Positions 39,228 to 52,400 of a stretch of 64,000 nucleotides of DNA are shown in pieces (positions within the stretch are counted from its first letter, which is position 1; every line of letters begins with the position of its first letter). The stretch is taken from assembly GCF_026571515.1 (NCBI RefSeq), contig NW_026859463.1, positions 1 to 64,000 on the forward strand. Reading direction: 5' to 3'. The stretch comes from Ruditapes philippinarum (Eukaryota). Under the pieces are notes generated by a model. That model made no database searches and had not been told where the DNA came from. It saw only the letters and a list, made by a program, of their open reading frames with translations. Made by a program: the position numbers and the translations under genes.

Positions 39228-39714
39228 TTTTCATTTATTACTTTGCGTGCACGACTAAAATTATCTGCGCGTTTTCAAAGACGTAAATAATTTAAAGCCA
39301 TTATACTTGAAATTGTGCATAAGAATAAACAAAACATGGCATTGATTAAGTTAATATCTTAAACTAATTACAATACATGCACACCACTAATAATTCTTAA
39401 TTGATAGGCGTGGTCGAGATCTACTAATTGACCAGTCGCGAAAGGCAGCGCGTGATCACCTGACTTCATTGGACAACCTCTAAAACGGTCAAAATTATCT
39501 GATTGGTAGCATATCCACGGTCCAGCGATACCCGTCTTAAGGGGCGTCGCAAATGAGAGCAACGAGGCAGTAAATAATTCTTAATTGGGACTTAAAGGAT
39601 ATTTTATATTTCTTTCCGGTTGCGAGGGTAAACAAACACAAACACACCAAATAAAGGATGTTAGGGAAAATAAACTTGCTATAACAAATGCAAATTACTT
39701 TTCCCTAAAGGTTC

Positions 39715-40875
39715 TTAATAAGGTTTAGTTGTTCTGAAGGTGACAAATTATTATCAGAAAATGATGGCGAATAGAAAGACTGATATTTCCTACAACTATA
39801 TTGCCGGTCCCGTGGAAAACGCACATTTAAACAACCTCAAAAGTAATATTTCCGCCATTGCTCTGGTCTTTGGTTGATAACGAATAATTCACAGTGCAAT
39901 TTTATATTGCAGTCAATAAACAGTTTAAATATTTTCTTTATTTTAAATATAATGTGATATTCGTAAACGTCATTAACGAAGTTTTTCAGTATTCGATGCA
40001 TTGAAATCACGTTTATCTATTTTGCATCGAAATCATGTTTATTTATTTTAGTTTATAAAAATGTACAAAGATACGCATTTTTATAGACTAAATGTAATGA
40101 AACAAAGTATTTCAAAGAATATGGCATACATTCAAAAATAAAAACGCCATCATCTTCAAAATAACCGGGTTTATAGGAATGCGTTTATTTTACACTATTT
40201 ATGATATATTCTGTTTAAAAGAAAGAGACAATCATTATTTATATTACACAAATATATATGTACATTAGTACTTTTTCCTATATACCATATACACCATCAG
40301 GTTATTCGAAAGCATCTTAGATCTGCCCCTTAATGCTTTCTAATAAAAACTGTTAACCTATGCAGCTTTTCCTGCAATAAAAGACATCAAAAACGCTTTC
40401 TTTTATCTAATCCTGTCACCTTAAAAAAGCACTTTAAATACCTTACACGCGTTTGAACGACACTGTAGAAAGAACAAAGTTCAAGCTGAGTACAATAACA
40501 ATATAAAGAAGACAATTTGTCCGCTTACCCCAGATACAGTTGAAACGTTACAAATGATATTATTTTTACTTTTTAATCATTCTACACCTTTTCCAGAAAA
40601 ATGACCGCATATCTTGACTAGTATTAAATAATTTCACTTCGAAGCTAAACATTCACCCAGTGTAATTTGTTGGTATTTTTGTTAATAAAGTGAAATTATG
40701 TTCTTTTTTTTTTCATTTTCAAGTTGAGCTGGTTTCACTATATATATCTAAAAAAAAGTTAAAATGGTCACCGGCAAACAGCTGATATTAGAAAATGTTA
40801 ATGATAAATTCAGACTCAAATATAAAAAATCTCTGTCCCGCTCTTTTTAAAAAATGCATGTTACAGGTAAGTTCC
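39715..40875. repeat. Diverged non-coding duplication; inverted copy at about 56650-57915
   Basis: Colinear reverse-complement matches, e.g. AGCATCTTAGATCTGCCCCT (40311) vs AGGGGCAGATCTAAGATGCT (57189), and CCCAGATACAGTTGAAAC vs GTTTCAACTGTATCTGGG. Confidence 0.8.
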
Positions 40876-41254
40876 TATTAAATACGATTAAAAGGGAATA
40901 TTTTGTAATATTTTTAAAACAGACACGAAAGATACCTAAATTGAAAGAGAAGGAGAAATGTTATAAGTTTGAAATCAATTGGTCAAGACTGTTGGATTAT
41001 TTTATCAAAGGGACCGTTTTCACATTTATATGTTCATAAGAATTTTGAATATGATTTTTCAGTTTTTAGTTTAATCTTGGTAGTTAAATCAAAATTATTT
41101 TTGCAACATTGCAACGTGTATTCATTGTGGTAAAAATATCGTCTGCAAGCATTATTCCTTAAATATATCAATAATAATTAAAGTCGCTAATAATTTGTCT
41201 GCTTATTACCGATAACAAACGGGTATCGCTGAGATCTTGTGTTTTGGCATAGCA

Positions 41255-43143
41255 AGTCTTTCAGAGGATGAGATTAAAATGCTCATAAGTCAGTTACAAA
41301 CTAAATCTTGTGAGCTTGACATTCTGCCCACCAAAGTATTGAAATAATTTCTCAATGAATTTTTGCCTATGATTACCCAGCTTGTGAATCTTTCTCTGAC
41401 GCAAGGTGTTTTTCCAGCTAAATGCAATAGTCAGGCCTCTGTTGAAAAAATCTGGTCTTGAACTCACATTTGCCAACTATCGACCCGTCAGCAACTTGTC
41501 ATTCTTGTCCAAATTGATTGAAAAAGCCGCCCTTCATCGACTAAACAAACATGTAAACGGAAACGATCTCCTTCCAACGAATCAGTCGGCCTATCGTCAG
41601 TTTCACTCCTGTGAGTCAGCCCTTCTTAGACTCGTAAACGACATTCTTGGTGCAATGGAGCATCAAGAGGTCACTGCACTGATAGCTCTAGATTTAAGTG
41701 CTGCTTTTGATACTGTTGACCATAACATACTGTTAAATGTTCTTGAAAGTCAATATGGCGTCTTTGGATCTGCGCTGGAATGGATATATTCATATTTGAG
41801 GCCGCGTAGCTGTCGAGTGAGTGTTAACTCGAATGTGTCATCAGAACGGGAACTTGACTGTAGTGTCCCCCAGGGAAGCTGTTTGGGCCCTTGGCTCTAC
41901 TTGACGTACGCAGGAACTATCTTTGACATTGTACCTCCCTCCATTTCCGTGCACGGATTTGCCGACGACCACGTTGCGAATAAACGTTTTAAACCATCAC
42001 CTACCGCAGAAGCAAGCGCAATTCGGGACCTCCAGGACTGTGCAGTGCATATAAATGAGTGGATGAACAGCAACAAGTTAAAAATGAACAATTCAAAGAC
42101 AGAGTTTATTCTTTTCGGAAGTCGTCCCACAGCTGAATAAGTGTAACACCAAAGAAATCAATATATGTGGTAATGTTATTAAATCACAAACATTGTATAC
42201 GGTATCTTGGTGTTTTTTTTGGATGAGTCTCTAAATTTCAAAGATCACATTAAAAGAAAGTGTAGAACTGCTATGTTAAACTATTTCAAGATCAAGAGCA
42301 TTCGAAAGTATCTGACAAAGGAAGCCGCTGAAACACTTGTTTTTATCTTTAGTAATATCCCCATTTAGATTATTGCAACATCATTCTGTACGGCATATCT
42401 CAAAATGAATTAGCCAAACTTCAACGTATTCAAAAATGTGTGTGCCAAACTGGTGTTAGGTCGTTCCAAGTATGATAGTTTCTAAACAGGCATTATTCGA
42501 TCTGCACTGGCTTCCGATTAAAGCACGAATCAGTTTCAAGATACTGACATACATGTATAACTGTTCGGTAGGAAACGCACCATCATATTTAATAGAGCTT
42601 TTGTCTCATCAAGTGTCAAAACGAACCTTAAGATCATCTGAATCCTCAGTTGGTTGTTATGTTGTTCCTTTTTTAATAAGAAGAGGACTTTTTCTGACAG
42701 AGCTTTTAGCACGATAGGACCAAAATTGTGGAATGAACTACCTATTAATATGAGAAAATGTGAATCTGTTGAAATTTTCAAAAGACAACTGAAATCATTT
42801 TACTTCAAGGACTTTTTTGCACTTTTTTAAGTGACGCTGAAGGCATTGTCTGTTCCTAATTGTTTTGTGCATGTTTGTATATTTCTAGTGTTTTTATTAT
42901 TTTCATTGTATAATAATATAATAAAGTCTAGCCCATGTGTTATCGTGTGCAGGGGGTGCAGGGGTGTAGATTGTTACATGTTGGTGGGGATTGACCCAAT
43001 CACTGTGACCGTCGCACTGCTGGGAGTATTGTGTATGGTAGCACTGGGAGTAGCACATATAAGGTATATAGCTGTACAACGCCATTGAATATGTATTTTA
43101 TATGTAGAAATAGGCGTTAAATCAAGTTTTCAAGTTTCAAAGT
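41255..43143 (+). mobile_element. CR1/L2-group LINE, 5'-truncated, with 3' UTR and tandem tail
   Basis: Motifs SCELDILPT, NYRPVSNLSFLSK, LDLSAAFDTVDH, VPQGSCLGP, FADD, NNSKTEF and LHWLPI. The 3' end reads CAACGCCATTGA..AGGCGTT..AAGTTTTCAAGTTTCAAAGTT. Confidence 0.85.
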
Positions 43144-43144
43144 T

Positions 43145-44560
43145 CTGAAGATATCTCATATTGTAGAGAAATAGATATACAATGCATTCAAAGCTATTTC
43201 TTCTTTATTTATCCGTATTAGTTTCTACACATATATGACTGATACGCGGCGTATGAAAACTGTGTTTTTCACGTGTTTCAACGGCAACAATGTCTGTGAA
43301 ATATTCACTATATTGCAGGAATAATGTATACTTCAAGATCAATAAATGCTATTATAGATTGCTCTGTCCGTTTGTCTGTTATAATAGATATAAGTTACAT
43401 GTGTGTCGAACAATTCAAATAAAATATCTTTTTTTCATAATTTCAATAAATAATTTTTTTAATTAATTGTTAAGATGTTTTTTATGAAACATATACTATA
43501 TTGTTTAACATATGTACTCTAAGATAAATGAATGTTTTATTAGATATATCTGTCCGTTTATCCATGCTAGTGTCCAGAATTACATTAATAATTGTAAAAA
43601 CGCGCGCTGCAAATAAAAACGCTTTTCATGATGTTTTATTATCACGCAGGACGTTATTTACAAATGCATAAGTTATTCAATATATTGTAGACACGAATGT
43701 ATATGTCAAGATACTGAAATACATCTTAACACAACTCTGCCAGTTTGTCTGCTATAATACACATACATACATAGTTCAGGAAAGTCGGACAATGCATATA
43801 AAATCGATGTATATCATATTTTTTTGATTATCAAGTTTGCCATTATTTATTAAGATATCGTCATGAAAGATATACCATATTGTAGGAAAATCTAAAAACT
43901 TAAAGACAACTAAAGGCAACACTAAAATATTTGTCCGTTTAAGCGTGAAAGTGTCCAGAAATACATTCATAACGAGAGGCGACTCGCGCGGCTAATAAAT
44001 AAAAACAGTGTTTTTCTTGATATTCAATTCTTACACAGGACGTTAGTTTCAATGTTTCTACATATCAAGATATTTACTATATTTTAGGGACGAATATATA
44101 TTTCAAGAATCAGAAATTTATGCTGAAACAACTCTGTCCGTTTGTCTTCTAAAATAGCCACACTCACATACATAAATTTTAGAAAAGTCGGACAATTCAG
44201 ACAAAATCGGTGAATTTCATAGTTTTCAATAATCAAGTTTGACTTTATTTGTTAAAATGTCTTTTTGAAACATATTCCATATTGTAGGGACACAAGTATT
44301 CTTTAAGATAAATAAATGCGATTATAAATATATCTGTCCGTTGTTCTATGCTTCAGCTCAGAAATACAGGGATTATTCGGACAATACAAGCAACTCGGTG
44401 TTTCATAAATTTTAATTTGTATGTGTGGATTTATTCATAAAATTATCTTCATGAAACATAAATTATATTGTAGGGAAACATATATACATTTTGATAAATG
44501 AATGCATTCCTAGATATATCTCTCCGTTTTCTATGATAGTATATAATAATACATTTTTAA
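43145..44560. repeat. Degenerate satellite, about 190-bp monomer, about 8 units
   Basis: TATTGTAG(G) and CTGTCCGTTT motifs recur at about 43159, 43311, 43498, 43683, 43878, 44078, 44280 and 44466. Confidence 0.7.
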
Positions 44561-44670
44561 ATAAAACAACAATAATATTATAATTTGTTGATCAATGTAT
44601 TTTTTTTTGGAGCCACATAATTATGACATATTAGTAGAATATAAATATTATTAAAGGAGCTTCGCTCATT

Positions 44671-44846
44671 NNNNNNNNNNNNNNNNNNNNNNNNNNNNNN
44701 NNNNNNNNNNNNNNNNNNNNNNNNNNNNNNNNNNNNNNNNNNNNNNNNNNNNNNNNNNNNNNNNNNNNNNNNNNNNNNNNNNNNNNNNNNNNNNNNNNNN
44801 NNNNNNNNNNNNNNNNNNNNNNNNNNNNNNNNNNNNNNNNNNNNNN
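44671..44846. other. Assembly gap (N run)
   Basis: Run of Ns. Confidence 1.
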
Positions 44847-45240
44847 AGTAATGATTATAAAAATTATAATCGCATCATGGATTTTTCTTCTTCTTGCTTA
44901 TTATTATTATTATTGTTATTATTTTTATTATTAACAAAGTAAAATAATAATCATAAAGTAATAATAATAATAATAAATAATAATAATAATAATTATAATA
45001 ATCATAGTCAACATCATCCGTGTCACAACAGAACTACCACCATCATCAATAAAAAAAAATAATAATGGTAATAATAATAAAAAAATAAATAATAATAATC
45101 ATAATTATTATTATAATGATAATCGCATTATGGAATTTTCTTCTTCTTGCTTAATATTATTATTATTATTATAATTATTATCATTATTATTATTATTATT
45201 ATTAAAATTATTACTTGATTAGTATTTTAATCATTATTAA
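44847..45240. repeat. (AAT)n/(ATT)n low-complexity region with a duplicated spacer
   Basis: AAT and ATT runs; ATCGCAT.ATGGA.TTTTCTTCTTCTTGCTTA occurs twice. Confidence 0.85.
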
Positions 45241-45244
45241 ATAG

Positions 45245-45680
45245 GTGCCGGTGTCTTTTTGCCACGCCGGTTTTTGGCAAATTCAACCTCTATTTTTACG
45301 CGCTTTAAAAAAATGAAAACTATCTTAAATTGTCATATTTACTAAAAGTTTTCAAAGTAAATATGTTTTGTTTTTCTATCTTTAATACTTTTTTTGTAAA
45401 AATGCATTTAAAGTTTGAATTTGCCATGGCAAAGTGTTCTTTGCCATGGCAAATACTTTGATTTTTCCTTCATTTGCCATGGCAAATTTCCCATGGCAAT
45501 TATTTTTTGAAAACATCACAAAACATTCTAAAACTTATCCTATGACATGTTCTTGGTGCTATTGTTATGTTTTTATTGCAATATCTAATTTTTTTCATTT
45601 TGCCATGGCAAATTTTTGCCAAAGAAATGCCAAAAGAAATTATCAATATTTTGTTTTTCTTTGAAACAAATTTTCATTTA
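45245..45680. repeat. Repeat carrying multiple TTGCCATGGCAA palindromes (MITE-like)
   Basis: The palindrome occurs at about 45421, 45441, 45474 and 45600. Confidence 0.6.
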
Positions 45681-45884
45681 ATTTATACATGGGAGAAGAC
45701 ATTTTAAGGAATAGAATTCTTTTCAATTTCATAGTTTACGCAAGGAATATCATTTCTTGCAACCACGGGTCGTGTTAATGAAATATATGACATTTTAAAA
45801 TGACAATAATTATGAGATCAAGGATCAAATATTATTATTTACGCTAAATAATAATAAAAAAGCTTGAGAAGTAGTTTAATTACA

Positions 45885-46150
45885 TAGAGAAATAAGAATC
45901 CCTAGAGAAAGCCCAGACGGCAAAATTGAAAATGTTGCAGGCTCGGTTTGATTGAGCCTGTTCATGGACGGTACTGGTAAGTGCAAGTTACCGTCCACGT
46001 CCCTAGCACCGGCTTAAGCAGTATTCGATATTTTAACATGAACTGCTAAAATTTAGAATTTTTGAAACATCTGCATATGTTTCCATATGGTGGTTATCAT
46101 GGAACCTTCAATGTGACCACGTTAGTACCATTCCATGAAAAGCGGAATAT
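45885..46150 (+). repeat. Copy of the local repeat family also at 5706-5836, 47440-47830 and 48010-48460
   Basis: GAAAATGTTGCAGGCTCGGTTTGATTGAGCCTGTTCATGGACGGTAC...CCCTAGCACCGGCTTAAGCAG. Confidence 0.8.
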
Positions 46151-47242
46151 TACAATAAACTTATAATAAACATAAATAACAGACTTTACTTGTTAACTAT
46201 ATCTAACTTTTAAAGACCATCATTATGTATAAATATGTGTTGCAATTACATTTTTAGTTTCTGGTTTCTTCTAGTTTAATGTAGTCTGCATGATAAGGAC
46301 TGCTAAGGAAGGACCTTACAATCCTCAAAAGGAAATGATAGGAGATGCATTGGTACAAATGTTATGGAGGGCAACCCTTTATAACGCTTGCTATTTGTAA
46401 AAGATTTCGTTAACGCAAACCAGATATCAACCTCGAGCAAATATGGACGTTTCGCCCCTAAACCCACTCGGGCATTTAACAACGGCTAGTCCCAAAAGTG
46501 CGTAAAATCTTGGTATAATGAGTAATGGGTAAATTTATTTGCTATTCAAAGAAAAATAAAGTCAATTTTTGTAAAATGTTGTAGTAGTATAACAAAATAG
46601 TCTGTGGAATGTTTTAATTTTCAATTTTATTCTGATGTACTATATTTACCTAGATTGGCAAGAGTGTAGAATTAAGTCGCCCATCATCAATTTACGGGAA
46701 TCAAAACACGGCGCGAAATATATCATTTGTTTAGGATTCTATCAATTAAGATAGAAATATTCTAGTTGAAGCGAAAATGGAAAAGTTATCGCCCCTTAAA
46801 GAGTACTCAACATTTACATTAAATCAAAACACATATTTTCCATCGATAATTTCTATAAACTTTTTCTGTAAAATATGATAAACAAGTCCAACAAGGAAAG
46901 AATGGTTAATTATTATTAATTGTTTGCGGTGGTTCCCTCGTCATGTAATTTCGTGGATATGCATATTGAAAATGTAAGCCACAATTGATTCAAGAATTAA
47001 TATAGGGCCGGGAATTATATTTGAATATTCAAAACACTACCGAATACGAACATTCGAAAAAAAATAAAGAATTGTTGTATTTTTTGTACTTTCAAATTAC
47101 AATCAAGATCGTAAATTAAACCCTTGACCTTTGTAATTTACCTGTTAAAAGTTAATAATGTAAACTTTTCCGATTTTAATTATCTTATTTTATTGTTTTC
47201 TGTGCTATAATATCTAGGGGCGTGAGGGATGTTGCACTTATT

Positions 47243-48557
47243 CATTATCCCTCATGTATAGACTCACTCAAACTGAGTCTGCAAATTTCATGTATTTTGC
47301 TGTGATTAATGCTTCCGACGGATCACTTTGTTTGCATGATTTTTGTTCGATCAATCAATAATTGTTTTCAAATTGTAAAAAGAAAAATGAATTTGCACGT
47401 ATTAATCGGCACGTTATGAAAGCACGGAAAGTGTCATCCCTAAAGGCCAAACACGTCAAACTTGAAAATGTTGCAGGCACGGTTTGATTGACCCTGTTTA
47501 TGGACGGTACTGCCAAGTGCAAACTATCGTCTACGCCCCCTAGCACCGCCTTAAGCAGAATTCAACATATTAACATGAAATGGTGAAAATTTGAATTTAG
47601 AAACATCCGCAGATGTGTTCAAACGGCGGGTATCATGAAACCTTCAATGTGACACAGAAGTGCCATTCATGAAAAGCGGCGTATTGTCCCAAGGTAATAA
47701 AACGGTTATGAGCCTGCATATCACAGATAAGACGTCAAGGACATTAATTAAAAAGCAGGCAACATATCTTGAGGGTTATTCAACATTTTTCGAGAAGAAA
47801 TAATTGAACCATCAATCTAGAAAAAGTCACATAGTTTAAACTAAAAATACCACAACAAAAATTGTCGTCCTGAAGGATATTTAATGGTCGAAAATATAGG
47901 CATCTTTGATTTAATGTACGGGACGACTTTTAACAGCCTCCACACGGCACAAAACAACGCTGATGAGGCGATAAAAATAATAAATAAATAATCCCTAGAG
48001 AAAATAATAATCTCTAAAGAAAGCACCAACAAGTTGAAAAATGTTGCAGGTTCGGTTTGACTGAGCCTGTTCAAGGACAGCACTGTCCAAATGCAAAACT
48101 ACTGTCCAGGCCGCTAGCACCCTCTAAAACAGAATTCAACATTTTAACATTAAATGGTAAACATGAATTTAGAAACATCCATGTGTTTCAAACGGCCATT
48201 ATCATTGAACCCTCAATGTGACAGAAGGGTCATTCCATGAAAGACGAAGTATGGTCCCCAAGTATAAAGCGTGTGCCTTAAACGAGAAAACAATGGCGAA
48301 ACTAAACAAACTGGAATTTTGAAAGGGATCACAGGTTAAAAAACCCTGCATATCACAGATAAGACGTCAAAAGACAAAGTTAAAAGCAGGCAAAATAGCC
48401 CAAGAGTTGATTCAACATTAGTTCAAGTAGGAATATTGGAACCAGTATCCAACTAGAAAATAAAAATAAGTTTAGCTTTCAGTTTATTCGATAATAATGT
48501 TTCTGGGCTAAATTTGCAGACTCTGTTTGATTGAGTATGTACACGAGGCGGATAATG
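47243..48557. mobile_element. About 1.3-kb TIR/foldback-like element with an internal tandem duplication
   Basis: 47243-47288 is an imperfect reverse complement of 48510-48557. Internal units lie at 47440-47830 and 48010-48460. Confidence 0.55.
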
Positions 48558-49639
48558 TTAAAAAATGATTTAAAATTATCAATAATCATACTTACATTTA
48601 CATCATTCAAGCGACCACTTGACTGACAGTAATATCATTAGTGTCGTAATTGTCGCTATGGAAATATCGCATTGTCGACTATCGCCTTCCGGTACTTTAA
48701 TATATTCGAAAGATTTCAGATGAAAATCTATGTGATGTTGACATTTAAAGATGTATAAAATGTAAAAAGTAATTGTTTATTATTTATATAAAAAGCAAAT
48801 TATATTCATATACAAAAATATGTACAAAAATAATTTTTGTAATGGAAAAATCATAAGGGTGACTATGTTAAAAAACAGTCTGTGAATACAAAAAAATTCC
48901 TTATATTTAACTGTCATTGGTTTCATAAGTTTTCTCGACAAAAAAAGATAGTTTATTAATAAATCTAACTGGTCAGTACTGTCCATTATATACTATTTAA
49001 AATATGCACCTCAATTAGACACACTGCCCCTGTAATTCGCCTATGTAAACCTGACACGTTTTAAAAAGTCTTACACCCTGATTTTGGTCTTAACATATTT
49101 GGCAAGTAACTACACGCGACGTCACAGCATATAAATTAATCTGAGTAAATAACACGAAGTATGTGTGGATCTAGAAAAAGTCGTTGGCGTCTTTGATGTT
49201 TACGCAAAAGCATTCGCACATATACAGAATAAAATTCATTTAAACTGGATCATTTAATGTACAATTCATCTGTTTTAGCGATTGTATTTTTTATAGTTTT
49301 GTGTACTTACGACATTAATAGCAAAGACTTTTTTTAATTAATACGAGCAAACTGACATTTTTATAAGCACTAATTATTGAGTTGCCTGGGTTCCCATACT
49401 TACTCGATTATGTCAAGTATTCTTAAGAACGATCAAGTGTGTATATGCGACCGACATTTGTGACAGTAAATTGCGGACATAGAATCAAGATTCTTAAATA
49501 TTGCCTAAATATTGCAAACGGATTTAATCTGTCACTAACCTGATTATCTGTTCTGTATGTATATACATTAATTTCACGAAAATAGGCCGGAAGATAGCAG
49601 ACACATGTTTGTAATATATAGAACAGAGACAGGGTGAAG

Positions 49640-49745
49640 AAGTATTTGTTGGGATAAAATTTCGTCGGATCTTAAATTCGTGGATTGGCCTACCCACGAA
49701 ACCACGAAAAATTCGTGCCCCACGAATAATAATGATTCTACAGTA
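49640..49745. mobile_element. Tc1/mariner-type MITE right terminus
   Basis: ...CCACGAAAAATTCGTGCCCCACGAATAATAATGATTCTACAGTA. Confidence 0.55.
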
Positions 49746-51989
49746 GGGTTTTTTATATTTACATTGTAAAAAAAATACAAAATTTATGTGTAGAAAAAAA
49801 ATTCATGTATATCTAATATAAGTTTTCAGCAATTTCCACTACAGAAGTTTAAACGGATCAGCATATTCTACAATTACCACTTCTCTCCTGATAGACATAA
49901 GTGAGACAACTTGTGTTTCAATCTTGAAGAGTACATCTATCTTGCGTATATATCCATTAAATTCTTTTTCGCTGGAAAGACGCGTATTTTTGTGGTGGCT
50001 GTTGTTGTTTGGTTCTTTTTTTTCTTTTTGTTTGTTGTTGTTTTTGTTGTTTGTTTTTTTTTGTTGTTTTTTTGTTTGTTTGTTTTTGTTTTTTTTGGGG
50101 TGGGTGGGGGGTGAAAGAAAACATGCCCAAAGTCTCGTAATTACCGACTACCTGCTGTAGGTTTGTTAGGGATAACGAATAACCAATGCTAGTAGGTACC
50201 AATTTGTACGCTCCTTGTACTATACACCTTTATTTTTTATCAATATATATTGGGTCAATTTTGGTACTTGGTAAACCCCGCAGCGTTTTATTTCGTAAAA
50301 ACAGTAAATAAATATGATGAGATAAACAAGCATTGCTGGTAGCTAAGACTATACTTAGATTCTGTGTGTATTATATATCCAAAGTGATTTTAGCTCAACA
50401 CTGCTGATGTAGAGAGTATAAATGATATTTGCCGTAAAAATTACTTATTTCAGTTTTGCAATAGTTAAGTAAAATATACATCTTGGAAATGCTTTGAGGC
50501 TTTCATGCATATATTTACCTACTGATGAGTATATAGTCAGCAGATTTTAACGTTACCGTGCATTATGCTGACCAGGCAAACGTGGCACGGGTTATGCCAG
50601 AATCTGCTGACCAGTTAAACATGTTGTAAAATCTGTTGACCAGTAACAGTGAAAAACAGTTTAAAGGAAATATTTAATTATGACTGAATCTTATTTATAC
50701 AATAAGTTAGTAAAATAAAGATTCTACATCTCGCAGACCAATTAAAACACACTTACTGAGCCAACTATAACATATATAAAAATGCTTAAGTGCGTTTACC
50801 GTATTTTGTTCTTATAATATAGCAGGTTTAGTTACTGTTCTTCATCGAAAAACGACATGACACAGGTTACAACCTAATAGACAATTTGCTGATGAGATAA
50901 AACTACTGTAAATTGCTGACCTGCCTTACATTATCTAGATCTATATATAGAGAAACTTATGTTCATGTGCTCACTTTCTAGTACCATCGCACTATCGTGT
51001 TGCGCCAATTATTTTCGCATGTTGCACTCATTTATCGGCATCACACTATCGCATTATCGCCTGCGCATCGCTTGTCCCCATCGGCACTGTCGCTTTCATT
51101 TATTCGCACTGTTTATTGTGTCATTTCTTTCGCACTTGTCTATTGTTGCCCTACTGGCTTATAAAGGTTAACCATCGATAGCCCTTACGTCATTTCACAT
51201 TAGTAATATTTGCATAGCGTCACAGTCGTGATACGTATGTTACCACTGTCATCAGACGTTTCTTACGAAACACACAAGCATCGTCGCTGTATGTAGTACA
51301 AAAGTCGATGGGCAACACATGCCTGATTGATCTTATTTTGAATAAACAAAATCATTGATCCACTACGAGATGAGGCGGTTTGCTAAAAGTCCGATTTACA
51401 CCTCTCTGTCAAGTTTACGAGCCATATGCAAACCTACAATTACAGTACTTGTTATGACGTTGTTGAATGTGAAGAAATTCTGAAAATTCATAACCGCAAT
51501 CTCTAGTTGAAAGCATCAAACATGACTTTGTTTGTTTTATGTGTTAGTTAATAGTGTTCGTGATAAATGCATGCCGAAAATGATAATTCTTATCTAGATG
51601 TGCGTTATACCCCGTAGCTAATCACCCTTTATTTGAATGTAAGTATTTTATTCTACATAATTCTACAATCTATGCAGTTTAAGAATATTCTCTCAACTGA
51701 TAAATAAAATATATCTAAACCCAAATATAGATATATGACAGTACGTTTTTATTGCGGTTTTCATACAAATACAATTCCGGCCAAGTGCACGTACAGCACA
51801 GATTTTCAAGCACCTCAGAAACAGAGACCGCATAGCATCACGCGTATCTTTCATCCGAAAAACGACCCCACAGTTATCACTAACAGCAAACATTAATATC
51901 CACTTGACTAGAATACTTATATTAGGGTTTCTTTCATTAATATTCACAGTTCTGCCATAACTACGTTGAGTGATTATTTTGATTCGACA

Positions 51990-52400
51990 ATTATCTCGCT
52001 CGCGCCCCCGCGGAGACAAAGTTATTATTTTTAAACACTTAACCGCACCTCGCTAATAAGCGATGTTTTCGTTTCGCGCCTCCCCATTTTAACTTTGTTA
52101 ATTTTCGGACTCTTCGCTTGCGGGAATCGCCGGGACGGAAACACCGATAAAAGCATGGCGCGCGCGAAGTTTTAATTTATTAAACTTCGCCCTGCGCCTC
52201 GCTTAATTAAGGTGTTTTCATCCGCGACCCCCGTTTTTATTTCTTCAAATCTCGCTCCCGCGCCCCCCGCGGGCGTCGAATTATATTTGTTATAATCCTC
52301 GCTTCCTCTCACCCGCGGACGAATTTTCATTATTAAACTTCCCCGCGCCCTCTCCTTCAATCTCGCACGAAGTGTATCTCCCCTCAATATCTTCGCGCGT
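51990..52400. repeat. CpG-rich degenerate tandem repeat island
   Basis: Recurring TCTCGCTC.CGC.CCCCGCGG and TTATTAAACTTC.CCC.GCGCC units; high CpG relative to flanks. Confidence 0.5.
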
